A stretch of 64,000 nucleotides of DNA. Source: Terrimicrobiaceae bacterium. GTDB lineage: Bacteria; Verrucomicrobiota; Verrucomicrobiia; Chthoniobacterales; Terrimicrobiaceae. Both the position numbers and the translations under genes were made by a program. Positions 30,301-38,544 of this stretch are shown piece after piece. The stretch is taken from NCBI GenBank assembly GCA_041752695.1, contig JBGSVZ010000019.1, positions 43,401 through 107,400 of the forward strand, given 5' to 3'. The notes under the pieces were generated by a model that worked only from the letters and a program-made list of their open reading frames with translations, searched no databases and was not told the origin of the DNA. The stretch's first letter is position 1. The number at the start of each line of letters is the position of its first letter.

Positions 30301-30791
30301 TCTCCGGCGATTTTCCGTGCTCCATCCGGGTCGCCCGCCAGAAGGCGGCCGTTCACTTCGCCCTTCAGACAACCGCTCAGCGCGATGATCCCCTTGGCAT
30401 GCGCGGCGAGAAACTCGTGGTCCACGCGGGGTTTGTAATAAAAACCCTCCAAGTGTGCGGCACTGACGATCTTGACGAGATTACGATAGCCTTCGTCATC
30501 CGCGGCAAGAAGGGTCAGGTGAAAGGACGACTCGCGGCCGGAAGAGGGATTGCGGTCCCGCATCGAACCGGACGTCACGTAGGCCTCACACCCCACGATG
30601 GGCGTCACCCCGGCCTTCTTGGCCGCCTGGTAAAACTCCACCGTGCCGAAGAGGTTGCCGTGGTCGGTCATGGCCACGGCAGGCATCCCGAATTTTGCGG
30701 CTTTTTTGACCAACTCCCCCGCCCGGATCGCCCCGTCGAGCAGCGAATATTCCGTGTGACAGTGAAGGTGAACGAAGGGATCCGCAGCCAT
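27369..30791 (-). CDS. dnaE: DNA polymerase III alpha subunit
   Basis: FVHLHCHTEYSLLDG PHP domain, GPGRGSAAGS, FERFLNPERISPPDIDVDF, KMDFLGLKTL, YGFNKSH. Confidence 0.98.
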   Translation of the reverse strand: MAADPFVHLHCHTEYSLLDGAIRAGELVKKAAKFGMPAVAMTDHGNLFGTVEFYQAAKKAGVTPIVGCEAYVTSGSMRDRNPSSGRESSFHLTLLAADDEGYRNLVKIVSAAHLEGFYYKPRVDHEFLAAHAKGIIALSGCLKGEVNGRLLAGDPDGARKIAGEYRDIFGQENYFIELHDHGLDAQRRCNPGLVQVARDLDLDLVAANDVHFLNRDHHESHDVMLCIGTGSMVMDEKRMRYSPELYFKSSEEMAALFAEVPESLSNTVRIAERCRLDLEFGKPKYPAFEPPPGKTREAYLRELCWQGLRERYGGRADTDDELRQRLEYELGVIEKTGFVSYFLIVWDFIDYARQQGIPVGPGRGSAAGSLIAYALGITDIDPLRYGLIFERFLNPERISPPDIDVDFCMERRGEVIDYVRRKYGERCVSQIVTFGTMGAKSVVRDVGRVLGWSYSDGDRLAKMIPNELNISLTTAAEKNPELKAALENEPSTRALWDHALVLEGLSRNTGIHAAGVVIGDRPLDEYIPLCRGKENEVITQYEMNALTELGMLKMDFLGLKTLTILQHAVRLIHEKDPTFDIAKIPTDDKAAFDIYNRGETLGVFQMESGGITNCCKRFDVSSIEDIIAIGALYRPGPMQFIDDYIARKKGLKKIEYAHPLLEQVCAETQGIIVYQEQVQRAANVLAGYSLGDADLLRRAMGKKDKEKMDKERIRFVEGAKRVNNIGEGTGHAIFDFIAKFAEYGFNKSHSAAYGWVSYQTAYAKAHFPVEFMSAVLTHDAATTDRLAVVIAECTRAGINILAPDVNHSQLLFTPEKSGKEVAIRFGLASIKNVGAGAMQTMLEERAKGGPFQSLGDFCSRLDSRTVNRKILESLVKCGAFDSFQKHRAQLFSEIEQAMSAAAAVQRDRASGQGGLFDDLGGAPSAQSSSAPAVEEWSKTEMLGFEKELLGYYITGHPLQAYAGHFDSVKITSIAQAMQIEEPATFKFAGLITTVEKKFSKKDGKPFAVVRLEDFTGQLEMVAWDDTYTEHAALLVPGNVVSVSARLSLRDGEVRSMVNSFAPLKPKLSVKPVRLTLSRDKLSEGDLPALLEAVKRHPGKRPLVIEIVYQTGRKAVIHAGDGFAVGDEHALHKAVIDFSEG

Positions 30792-30867
30792 GAGACAATC
30801 GACTATAAAATGCTAACGGCGGCGGGCAAGAAGTCCCGCCGCCGCGCGTTAAAAACTCGGCACTTCA

Positions 30868-30925
30868 TGTAGCCGCCCCACTCCGCTGGGGCGTTCCCGC
30901 ACGGCAACGGAGTGCCGTGGCTACA
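30868..30925. repeat. REP-like palindromic element (TGTAGCC...GGCTACA) with two internal hairpins
   Basis: Terminal inverted repeats TGTAGCC/GGCTACA; hairpins GCCCCA-N6-TGGGGC and CACGGCA-N6-TGCCGTG. Confidence 0.7.
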
Positions 30926-30933
30926 AAGTTCGC

Positions 30934-31263
30934 TCAAGCAATGGCGTCGAGGCGACGGACGATCTCCGCCTTGCCCGTCACACCCACCGTCTGATCCTTC
31001 TTCTCGCCGCCTTTGAAAAACAGGAGAGTCGGGATGCTGCGGATGCCAAACTTTTCGGAGACGCCCGGGGCGTCATCGACATTCACCTTGGCGATCTTAT
31101 ATTTGCCGACATTTTCGTCGGCAACTTCGGCGACCACCGGGGCAAGCATCCGGCAGGGAGCGCACCAAGGTGCCCAGAAATCGACCAAAACCGGCTCAGT
31201 CGCCGCGGATACCACACTGTCAAAATTGGAGTCGTTCAACTCCAGAACGTTTTCACTAGCCAT
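30934..31263 (-). CDS. trxA: Thioredoxin
   Basis: VLVDFWAPWCAPCR, IRSIPTLL. Confidence 0.93.
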   Translation of the reverse strand: MASENVLELNDSNFDSVVSAATEPVLVDFWAPWCAPCRMLAPVVAEVADENVGKYKIAKVNVDDAPGVSEKFGIRSIPTLLFFKGGEKKDQTVGVTGKAEIVRRLDAIA

Positions 31264-31284
31264 AGGGGAGAACTGTAGCAGAAG

Positions 31285-31321
31285 AAAAAAAACGCGCCAG
31301 CACGGTTGTGCTGGCGCGTTT
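31285..31321 (-). terminator. Intrinsic terminator (possibly bidirectional) after the Pro-rich gene
   Basis: Perfect 14-bp stem AAACGCGCCAGCAC-ggtt-GTGCTGGCGCGTTT; the A-run gives a U-tail on the minus strand. Confidence 0.85.
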
Positions 31322-31366
31322 AAATTTTATGGCGTGGCACCGGTAGGATGCCGATGCCCCAGAAGC

Positions 31367-32044
31367 CTAGCCAAGCATGGTCCAGAGCTGGATGCCCATG
31401 GCCACCAACGATGCGGCCAGAGCGAGGCCGCCAACCAGAGGGCTGACATCTCCCTCGGAGGAGGCGCCGGCCTGTGGAGCGACGGTAATCGCCGCACCGG
31501 GAGCCACGGATTTCGAGGCCGAGGCAGCGGGTTTCTTTTGCAGCTGAACGGTCGCCTGTGGCACGGTCTTGGAACCGGGTGTGCTGGCGGGAACCTTGGC
31601 GGTTTCCTTCTTGCTCTCGGAAGCCAGAGGCGCGGGAGCAATCGCCGGTGTGACGATGCCCGGAGGCTTCGGCACGGTCGAAGGAGGCACGATCCCGGCT
31701 GGCGGTGCGGGCGGCGTAACGGAAGGAGGAGCCGGAGGCGCACCAACGGCACCGGGTGGCTTGGGAGCCAACGGAGGAGCCGAAGGAGGACGAGGCAGAG
31801 AAACGCCACTGGGCGGTGCAGGCGGAGTCACCGAACCCACAGGCGCCGGCGGGGCAATCGGGGCCGGAGGGATAACCGGAGCGGTTTGCGGCGCAGGCAC
31901 GGAGCCAAGCGGGGCGGTGGGTTTTTGAACGGGTTTGGGGGGCAAATTGATCATCGCGGTTTCGCGAGGATTTGATGCCAGAGGTTGACCGTCCCGACGC
32001 GGGGGGAGGACGATACGTACGGTTTCCTTCTTGGGTTCAGCCAT
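31367..32044 (-). CDS. Proline-rich disordered protein with C-terminal membrane anchor
   Basis: MAEPKKETVRIVLPP..., Pro/Ala-rich, C-terminal hydrophobic LVGGLALAASLVAMGIQLW; followed by terminator. Confidence 0.75.
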   Translation of the reverse strand: MAEPKKETVRIVLPPRRDGQPLASNPRETAMINLPPKPVQKPTAPLGSVPAPQTAPVIPPAPIAPPAPVGSVTPPAPPSGVSLPRPPSAPPLAPKPPGAVGAPPAPPSVTPPAPPAGIVPPSTVPKPPGIVTPAIAPAPLASESKKETAKVPASTPGSKTVPQATVQLQKKPAASASKSVAPGAAITVAPQAGASSEGDVSPLVGGLALAASLVAMGIQLWTMLG

Positions 32045-32152
32045 ATTGGGTTACTTGGGTTAAGGCGGCAGCTTCGATTGCTAACGGGGTAAGATATTCA
32101 CAAATTCCTGAGGCCGTGTCAATAGAGCGACTGCGCGTCCGTGCAGGTTTTT

Positions 32153-34336
32153 TTACGGAGTCGCTTTTTTGTCGCCCTGGATGCTCGCCGTCTTGGTCTG
32201 CCGGTTGAGCTCGATCAGATCCTTCATGATGCGCAGGGACTCATTGCGAATGGCGTCGGGTTCAGGATCGGTCTTTTTGGCCTCCGGTTCCTCTTCGTCG
32301 GCCAGAACCGAGGCTTTTTCCGGCTTCCGGTCGTATGCGACGGCCCGCAGTTTCGGGGCAGCCAGGTCGTCGAGCTTCAACTCGTAGGCTTGGACAGCAA
32401 GGGCAGCCCCGCGTTCTTTCCGCTCCTCGATCCGCTGTTCCTTGCGTTTCTTTTCCTCGGCCAATTCCTTCCGGCGGGCGGCCTCATTTAGCGAGAGCTT
32501 GTTTTCGGAAATTTTCTCCTTAAGCCGCGCCATATCATCCATCGTGTAGAGGAATTCGGGATCCTTGGCCACTCGCTGGGTCGCCCGTTCGCGCAGTTGG
32601 TCCACAAAAAGAGGGGTCGCCGCCATGGAGTCCACAATTTTCACGGGAGCAACTTCGTCATAGGCCAGACGATTTTTGAGCGAACCCTCACCGATCTCCG
32701 CACTATCATAGAGCGAGGGCAGGACGATGTCGGAGCTCACCCCGTTAAGCTGGGTCGAACCGCCCCGCACACGGTAGAATTTCTGGATAGTCAGCTTCAG
32801 CGCCCCGGCATCGGCCGCCCCCAGGCTGAACGGCGACATCAAACGCCCCACGTCGATCACGGTCTGCACCGTTCCTTTGCCAAAGGTTCGCTCGTCACCC
32901 ACGATCACCGCGCGGCCGTAATCCTGCAGCGCGGCGGCAAAAATTTCGCTGGCAGAAGCACTGAGGCGATTAACCAGAACGATCAAGGGACCGCTGTACG
33001 CCACTCCGGGATTCAGATCGTTGGAAACCTGGATTTTGCCATTGGAATCCTTGGCCTGCACGACAGGACCCTTGGGAATGAACAGGCCGGTCAGATTGAT
33101 CGCCTCCTCGAGGGAGCCTCCCCCATCGCGGCGAAGGTCGATAACCAGTCCTTCGATCCCTTCGGCTTTCAGCCGGGTGAGCAGGGCGGAGACATCGGCC
33201 GTCGTGCTTTTTGGAGGCCCTTTGTCATCCATGTTGGCGTAAAACGAGGGAAGCGTGATCCAGCCAATCCTCGTGGCGCGATTGTTGCCATTCTGCAGAT
33301 CGAGCACCTCGGCTTTCGCCTCGGAGTCCTTCAGCTTAACCTCATCCCGGCGAATCTCCACGATGTCCCGCTTGGAGGGGTCCGTCGCGTCGGAAGGAAT
33401 CACCATCAGCTTGACGACGGTACCTTTTTTGCCGCGGATTTTCTCGACGACTTTGTCAAGCTTCATGTCCACCACGTCCTCAAATTCTCCATCGCCCTGG
33501 GCGACGGCAGCGATGCGGTCGTTGACCGCAAGACGACCGTCACGGTCGGCCGGACCTCCCGCCACCACTTCCTTGACCTTGGCGTAGCCATCCTCGGAGG
33601 ACAACACGGCTCCCACGCCAACGAGCGAAAGTTTCATCTGGATCTGAAAATTCGCCAGATCAGACGGGCTCAAATATTCCGAGTGGGGGTCGTAGGTCAG
33701 GGCGAGGGAGCTGAGGAAAGATTTCACCACGTCCTCGTCCTCCATCTCATTCACACTGCGCAACACCTGATCGTAGCGACGGGTGACCGTCTCCTGCGGT
33801 GTGCGCAATTTGAGTTCAGCCAGCTCTTCCTTGAGAATTTCGGCCTCGACACGATCCTGCCAGATCCGGTCGGCATCGGCCTGGTCCACGGGCCATTGGG
33901 AGTCCTGCCGGTTCACTTCCACTGTCCGCTTGCTATCGAACGTGTGTTTTTTCTGAGCGAGCTTTTTGTTCTTCGCAATGCGGTCGGTCACATTTTGCTT
34001 AAACCGTGCGAAGATATCTCTGGCCGGGGCCAGGTCGCCGCGTAGCACGCTGCCCGCGAGAGTCGTGCCGTATTTTTTCTCGAACTCATCCACATCCTTC
34101 TGGGTGAAGTAGAGTTTGTTGTAGTCCAAATTGGTCAGATAGGTCTGGAGAAACTTGCGGGACATTTCCTCGTCAAGCTTCTGGCGGGTGTAATGGCCGC
34201 GTTCCAGCCAGCTCGCGACGGAGACAGCCACCTGGCCGGGATCCACGGAACCTTTTGCGAACAAACCCGACGGCGGCAAAACCGTAAGGGCGCAGCCGAC
34301 AAGCACTGCACGAAAGAAAGTTGGGAATGCGCGCAT
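32153..34336 (-). CDS. prc: Carboxy-terminal processing (tail-specific) protease, S41
   Basis: YDPHSEYL, PDZ domain (GVGAVL), IDLRRDGGGSL, SASASEIFAAALQDY, TFGKGTVQ, LKLTIQKFYR. Confidence 0.92.
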   Translation of the reverse strand: MRAFPTFFRAVLVGCALTVLPPSGLFAKGSVDPGQVAVSVASWLERGHYTRQKLDEEMSRKFLQTYLTNLDYNKLYFTQKDVDEFEKKYGTTLAGSVLRGDLAPARDIFARFKQNVTDRIAKNKKLAQKKHTFDSKRTVEVNRQDSQWPVDQADADRIWQDRVEAEILKEELAELKLRTPQETVTRRYDQVLRSVNEMEDEDVVKSFLSSLALTYDPHSEYLSPSDLANFQIQMKLSLVGVGAVLSSEDGYAKVKEVVAGGPADRDGRLAVNDRIAAVAQGDGEFEDVVDMKLDKVVEKIRGKKGTVVKLMVIPSDATDPSKRDIVEIRRDEVKLKDSEAKAEVLDLQNGNNRATRIGWITLPSFYANMDDKGPPKSTTADVSALLTRLKAEGIEGLVIDLRRDGGGSLEEAINLTGLFIPKGPVVQAKDSNGKIQVSNDLNPGVAYSGPLIVLVNRLSASASEIFAAALQDYGRAVIVGDERTFGKGTVQTVIDVGRLMSPFSLGAADAGALKLTIQKFYRVRGGSTQLNGVSSDIVLPSLYDSAEIGEGSLKNRLAYDEVAPVKIVDSMAATPLFVDQLRERATQRVAKDPEFLYTMDDMARLKEKISENKLSLNEAARRKELAEEKKRKEQRIEERKERGAALAVQAYELKLDDLAAPKLRAVAYDRKPEKASVLADEEEPEAKKTDPEPDAIRNESLRIMKDLIELNRQTKTASIQGDKKATP

Positions 34337-34425
34337 AATTACAATGAGAACGTGAAAAACTTGCAGAGGGCTTCGGGAAAATCAAACTTCGACATGATCT
34401 TTTTTACATTTACTCAGACCACAAA

Positions 34426-35040
34426 ATGACAAATCGGTTCAAAACGTTTACGGGCGGTGCCTTGGATACCAACAGTTTTTACTACGAGGCGAAGGAGGGA
34501 TTTCTGCTTTTTGATGCGCCGCAGGGGGCGGATGCAGCGTTCGCCGACAAGCGAGTCGACCTGCTTCTGCTCACCCACGGCCATTTCGACCACGTAGCCG
34601 ACGCGGCGGCGATCATCAAACGGCACCAATGCAAGGTGGCAATGCATCCGGATACGATTCCCATGGTGACCGATCGCGAATTTTTCATCCGGTGGGGCTT
34701 CGGTCTCGAAGTTGAGCCCTTTTCCCCCGACCTGCTGCTCAACGAAGGGCCACCGGTGAAGCTGCTCGGCACGGAATTCACCATTCTTCACGTGCCCGGC
34801 CATTGTCCCGGAAGCATCTGCTTTTACCAGCGGGACGACGCCGTGCTTGTGGGGGGTGACGTTTTATTTCGCGGTGGAGTGGGCCGTTGGGACTTGCCAG
34901 GGGGCGACGGGGAGCTGCTTTTCGACGGCATCCGGACGAAACTCTTGACCCTGGACGACAATGTTGTCGTCCTTCCCGGACACGGACCGGACACTACCAT
35001 CGGGCGGGAGCGCCGCGAGAATCCCTACGTGGCGAATTGA
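34426..35040 (+). CDS. MBL-fold metallo-hydrolase (glyoxalase II-like)
   Basis: THGHFDHV, PGHCPG, GDVLF, PGHG, TTIGRERRENP. Confidence 0.9.
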   Translation: MTNRFKTFTGGALDTNSFYYEAKEGFLLFDAPQGADAAFADKRVDLLLLTHGHFDHVADAAAIIKRHQCKVAMHPDTIPMVTDREFFIRWGFGLEVEPFSPDLLLNEGPPVKLLGTEFTILHVPGHCPGSICFYQRDDAVLVGGDVLFRGGVGRWDLPGGDGELLFDGIRTKLLTLDDNVVVLPGHGPDTTIGRERRENPYVAN

Positions 35041-35112
35041 CCGAAACTTTCCTCGACAGCAGGGCCTATCGCTTTTATCGTCTCTTACCTCGCTCACCCA
35101 GAAATTTTAACT

Positions 35113-36429
35113 ATGCCTCGCTATTCCTACGTCGCGCTGGACGCCCGCGGACAAGAAGCCGCCGGAACCATTGAAGCGGAATCTCAAAATGCCGCCGTGG
35201 GGCAGTTAAGACAGGCTGGGTATTTTCCGAAAAGCATCTCCGAAGAGGGCAAGGAAAGCAAAGCCGCCAAGGAAAGCCTGGCGAAGATGAAGCGCGACTA
35301 CTCGGCCGGAAAAGCGGCCAAGCAGTCGGGCATGGGGGGCAAAAAGGTTGCCATTTCGATTCCGTTCCTCGAGCGGAAGTCTGTCAAGGGCAAGACCCTG
35401 ATGATTTTCACACGCCAGCTTGCCACACTGATTGATGCGGGCCTCCCCCTGCTCCGTGGTCTGACCGTTCTGGCCAAACAGGAACCCGACCAGGTTCTCA
35501 GGAAGGTCATCGTCAGCCTTGCCGAAGCCGTGCAGGGTGGCGGAACGTTCTCAGAAAGCCTCGCGGGCCATCCCCGGATTTTCAACAAGTTGTATGTCAA
35601 CATGGTGAAGGCAGGCGAACTCGGCGGTGTGCTCGAGCTCGTTCTTCTCCGTCTTGCGGAGTTCCAGGAGAAAGCGCAGAAGATCAAAAACAAGGTCGTC
35701 TCCGCGATGTTCTACCCGGCCATCGTGCTGGTCATCGCCATCGCGATCATGGCATTCCTCCTGGTGTTCATCGTTCCGAAGTTCCAGGCGATCTTCGACG
35801 ACATGCTTGGCGGCAAACCGCTCCCGGCTCTGACGACGTTCGTCATCACCGCCAGCAATATGGTGAAGAACCATGTCCTTGAGATCATCGTCGCGATCGT
35901 CATTTTCGTCATTGCCTACAAAATCCTCAGCAAGACGGCCAAGGGCGCTCAAGTGATTGACGCGTTCAAATTGAAGGCCCCCCTCTTCGGCGACCTAGTC
36001 CGCAAAAGTGCCATTTCCCGTTTCGCCCGCACGCTGGGAACGCTCGTCACTAGCGGTGTGCCCATTCTCCAGGCCCTGAACATCACCCGCGAGACCGCTG
36101 GCAACCGAGTGATCGCCGACGCCATCATGAAGGTCCACGACAGCGTGAAGGAGGGCGAATCCATCGTCCAGCCTCTCGAAGCCAGTGGGGTGTTTCCGCC
36201 CATGGTCATCAGCATGATCGACGTGGGTGAGGAAACCGGACAGCTCCCGGAGATGCTTTTGAAGATCGCGGAAGTTTATGACGACGAAGTGGATAACGCC
36301 GTCTCGGGCCTCACCTCCTTGCTGGAGCCCATCATGATTGTGTTCCTGGCCCTCGTGGTTGGAACGATCGTCATCGCGCTCTTCCTTCCGCTCATCAGCA
36401 TCATCAGCGGCATGCAGCAGCAGAGCTAG
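35113..36429 (+). CDS. pilC: Type II secretion F / type IV pilus platform protein PilC
   Basis: FTRQLATLIDAGLPL, YVNMVKAGELGG, RFARTLGTLVTSGVPIL, VGEETGQL, LLEPIMI. Confidence 0.92.
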   Translation: MPRYSYVALDARGQEAAGTIEAESQNAAVGQLRQAGYFPKSISEEGKESKAAKESLAKMKRDYSAGKAAKQSGMGGKKVAISIPFLERKSVKGKTLMIFTRQLATLIDAGLPLLRGLTVLAKQEPDQVLRKVIVSLAEAVQGGGTFSESLAGHPRIFNKLYVNMVKAGELGGVLELVLLRLAEFQEKAQKIKNKVVSAMFYPAIVLVIAIAIMAFLLVFIVPKFQAIFDDMLGGKPLPALTTFVITASNMVKNHVLEIIVAIVIFVIAYKILSKTAKGAQVIDAFKLKAPLFGDLVRKSAISRFARTLGTLVTSGVPILQALNITRETAGNRVIADAIMKVHDSVKEGESIVQPLEASGVFPPMVISMIDVGEETGQLPEMLLKIAEVYDDEVDNAVSGLTSLLEPIMIVFLALVVGTIVIALFLPLISIISGMQQQS

Positions 36430-36438
36430 GATCTCCCC

Positions 36439-36954
36439 ATGCTTCGCAAAAAAAGACCCGGCGGTTTTACTCTCATTGAGTTGCTCGTCGTCATTGCGAT
36501 CATTGCGATTCTAGCGGCGTTGGTGCTCAGCACGGCCGGAATGATTCAAAAACAGGGAGCCAGAGCTCGCGCGAAGGCCGAAGTCGAGGCACTTTCCACG
36601 GCGCTGGAAAGTTATAAAACGGAGTATGGGGATTATCCCGAGAGCGCGGCGTTGGGATCGGCAGGGTCCACCGTTCTCTATAATGCCCTGGTCCTCTCAA
36701 ACTCCACCAATCCTCTCGGCAAGGTCTTCTTTGAGCCCACCAAAGGCATCCTGTTCAACTCAAACTATTCCAGCAGCGCGAATTATTTCGTCGATCCCTT
36801 TGGAGTCTCCTACAACTACCGCTATTACTCCGGCACAAATGGCACCAACAATAGCGGTGTCGGATTTTTCGACCTCTGGTCCTACGGTGGGGCAACGGGC
36901 ACCAAAACTAACAATACCTCCACCAACTGGGATTTTTGGATTAAGAACTGGTAG
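36439..36954 (+). CDS. Prepilin-type (GspG-like) pilin/pseudopilin
   Basis: GG|FTLIELLVVIAIIAILAAL, ALESYKTEYGDYP, DPFG..YNY, FDLWSYG, IKNW. Confidence 0.9.
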   Translation: MLRKKRPGGFTLIELLVVIAIIAILAALVLSTAGMIQKQGARARAKAEVEALSTALESYKTEYGDYPESAALGSAGSTVLYNALVLSNSTNPLGKVFFEPTKGILFNSNYSSSANYFVDPFGVSYNYRYYSGTNGTNNSGVGFFDLWSYGGATGTKTNNTSTNWDFWIKNW

Positions 36955-37216
36955 CTGACTCTCCGCGAGAGAGCCTGATTTCTGGGACTTGTTATAGCGC
37001 GCGTCCCAATTCTTTGGGAAAGTTGGGGAGTTTGTCTGCACAGTTCGCGTTTTAGCGGAGCGGAAACCGACAGTTTTCCGGTAGGTCAAAACGGAAAACC
37101 CCGTGTTCCACTGCGCCCGCCCGTTTCTGCCATCAGAGATCTCGAGGCCGGTGGTGAACTTCCTGTTCCTATTTTAGAAAGAAATCGAACATCACCCAAT
37201 CGCCCATCCGATGTCC

Positions 37217-38518
37217 CTAAGCCCGGCCGATGCTGGTGTAGGTGAATCCAAAACTGCGGACGGTGATGGGGTCGAGAAGGTTGCGTCCGTCAAAAATCAG
37301 TGGGGTGTGCATGACGGCCTTCAGTTCGTCGAGATCCACGCCAGTGAATTCCTTCCACTCGGTCGCCACGATTAGGGCCTCGGCATCCTTGGCCGCCTCG
37401 AGGGGCGAGGAAGCAAATTTCGCGCCCTCCACCATCTTGAACTCCTTCGCTTTCTCGATGCCTTTCGGATCAAAGACAGTGACGGAAGCGCCTTCGGCAA
37501 TGAGATCACGCACCACATCAACCGCGACCGAACTGCGCACATCGTCCGTGTCGGGTTTGAAGGTGAGGCCCCAGACGGCAATTTTCTTTTCCTTGAGGAC
37601 CCAAAGTGCTTCACGGATCTTGGCCAGGAAGCGCTCCCGCTGGGTTTGGTTGATGCGCTGGACTTCCTTGAGCAGGCTGAAATTCACCCCGAGTTGATCG
37701 CTGATCGCAATGAACGCGGCGATATCCTTCGGGAAACAGGAACCGCCGTAGCCGATGCCGGCATTGAGGAAATTTCTGCCAATCCGTTTGTCGGAACCAA
37801 TCCCGTCGGCGACTTTTTCAACATCCGCGCCGCTCGCCTCGCAAATCTGGGCGACCGCATTGATGTAGGAAATCTTGAGAGCAAGGAAGGAGTTCGCGGC
37901 GTGCTTAATGAGTTCCGCCGAGTTGATATCGGTGACGAGCACAGGAGCCATGAACGGCTCGTATATCTTTTGCATGAGCGCCACGGCGCGCTCGCTATTG
38001 CCGCCGATCACAATCCGGTCGGGCTTCATCAAGTCGGGCACCGCGCAGCCTTCGCGGAGAAACTCGGGATTGCTGACCACATCAAACTCCGCCGCGGGTT
38101 TGTAGCGGCGGATGGTATCGGCCACCTTCTCGCCAGTCTTCACCGGCACGGTGCTCTTATCCACAATCACGCGGTACTGTCCGGGCTTGAGCACACCGGC
38201 TATCTCGCGGGCCACCCGCTCAATATACGAAAGATCAACACTTCCATCGGGCTGCGGAGGCGTGGGCACGGCGATGAAGACCACCTCGGAATTGTCCACT
38301 CCTTCCTCAATGCTGGCGGTGAAATGAAGACGCTTGGCGGCAACATTCTGATGAACGAGCTCCTCAAGTCCGGGCTCGTAGATGGGAATTTTACCAGCCT
38401 TGAGCATGTCCACCTTGCGCTGGTCGTTGTCGACGCAAATGACGTTATGACCAACTTCCGCAAAACATGCGCCGCTGACCAAACCAACATACCCAGACCC
38501 AATGATACAGATTTTCAT
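37217..38518 (-). CDS. ugd: UDP-glucose 6-dehydrogenase
   Basis: IGSGYVGL, AVPTP, KSTVPV, SNPEFLREG, GYGGSCFPKD, GLTFKPDTDD. Confidence 0.95.
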   Translation of the reverse strand: MKICIIGSGYVGLVSGACFAEVGHNVICVDNDQRKVDMLKAGKIPIYEPGLEELVHQNVAAKRLHFTASIEEGVDNSEVVFIAVPTPPQPDGSVDLSYIERVAREIAGVLKPGQYRVIVDKSTVPVKTGEKVADTIRRYKPAAEFDVVSNPEFLREGCAVPDLMKPDRIVIGGNSERAVALMQKIYEPFMAPVLVTDINSAELIKHAANSFLALKISYINAVAQICEASGADVEKVADGIGSDKRIGRNFLNAGIGYGGSCFPKDIAAFIAISDQLGVNFSLLKEVQRINQTQRERFLAKIREALWVLKEKKIAVWGLTFKPDTDDVRSSVAVDVVRDLIAEGASVTVFDPKGIEKAKEFKMVEGAKFASSPLEAAKDAEALIVATEWKEFTGVDLDELKAVMHTPLIFDGRNLLDPITVRSFGFTYTSIGRA

Positions 38519-38544
38519 AAGAAAGAGATTCGTGTGAGAGAAAC

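Noticed and set aside
28236..30872. 878-aa plus-strand ORF
   Set aside because: Antisense shadow of dnaE
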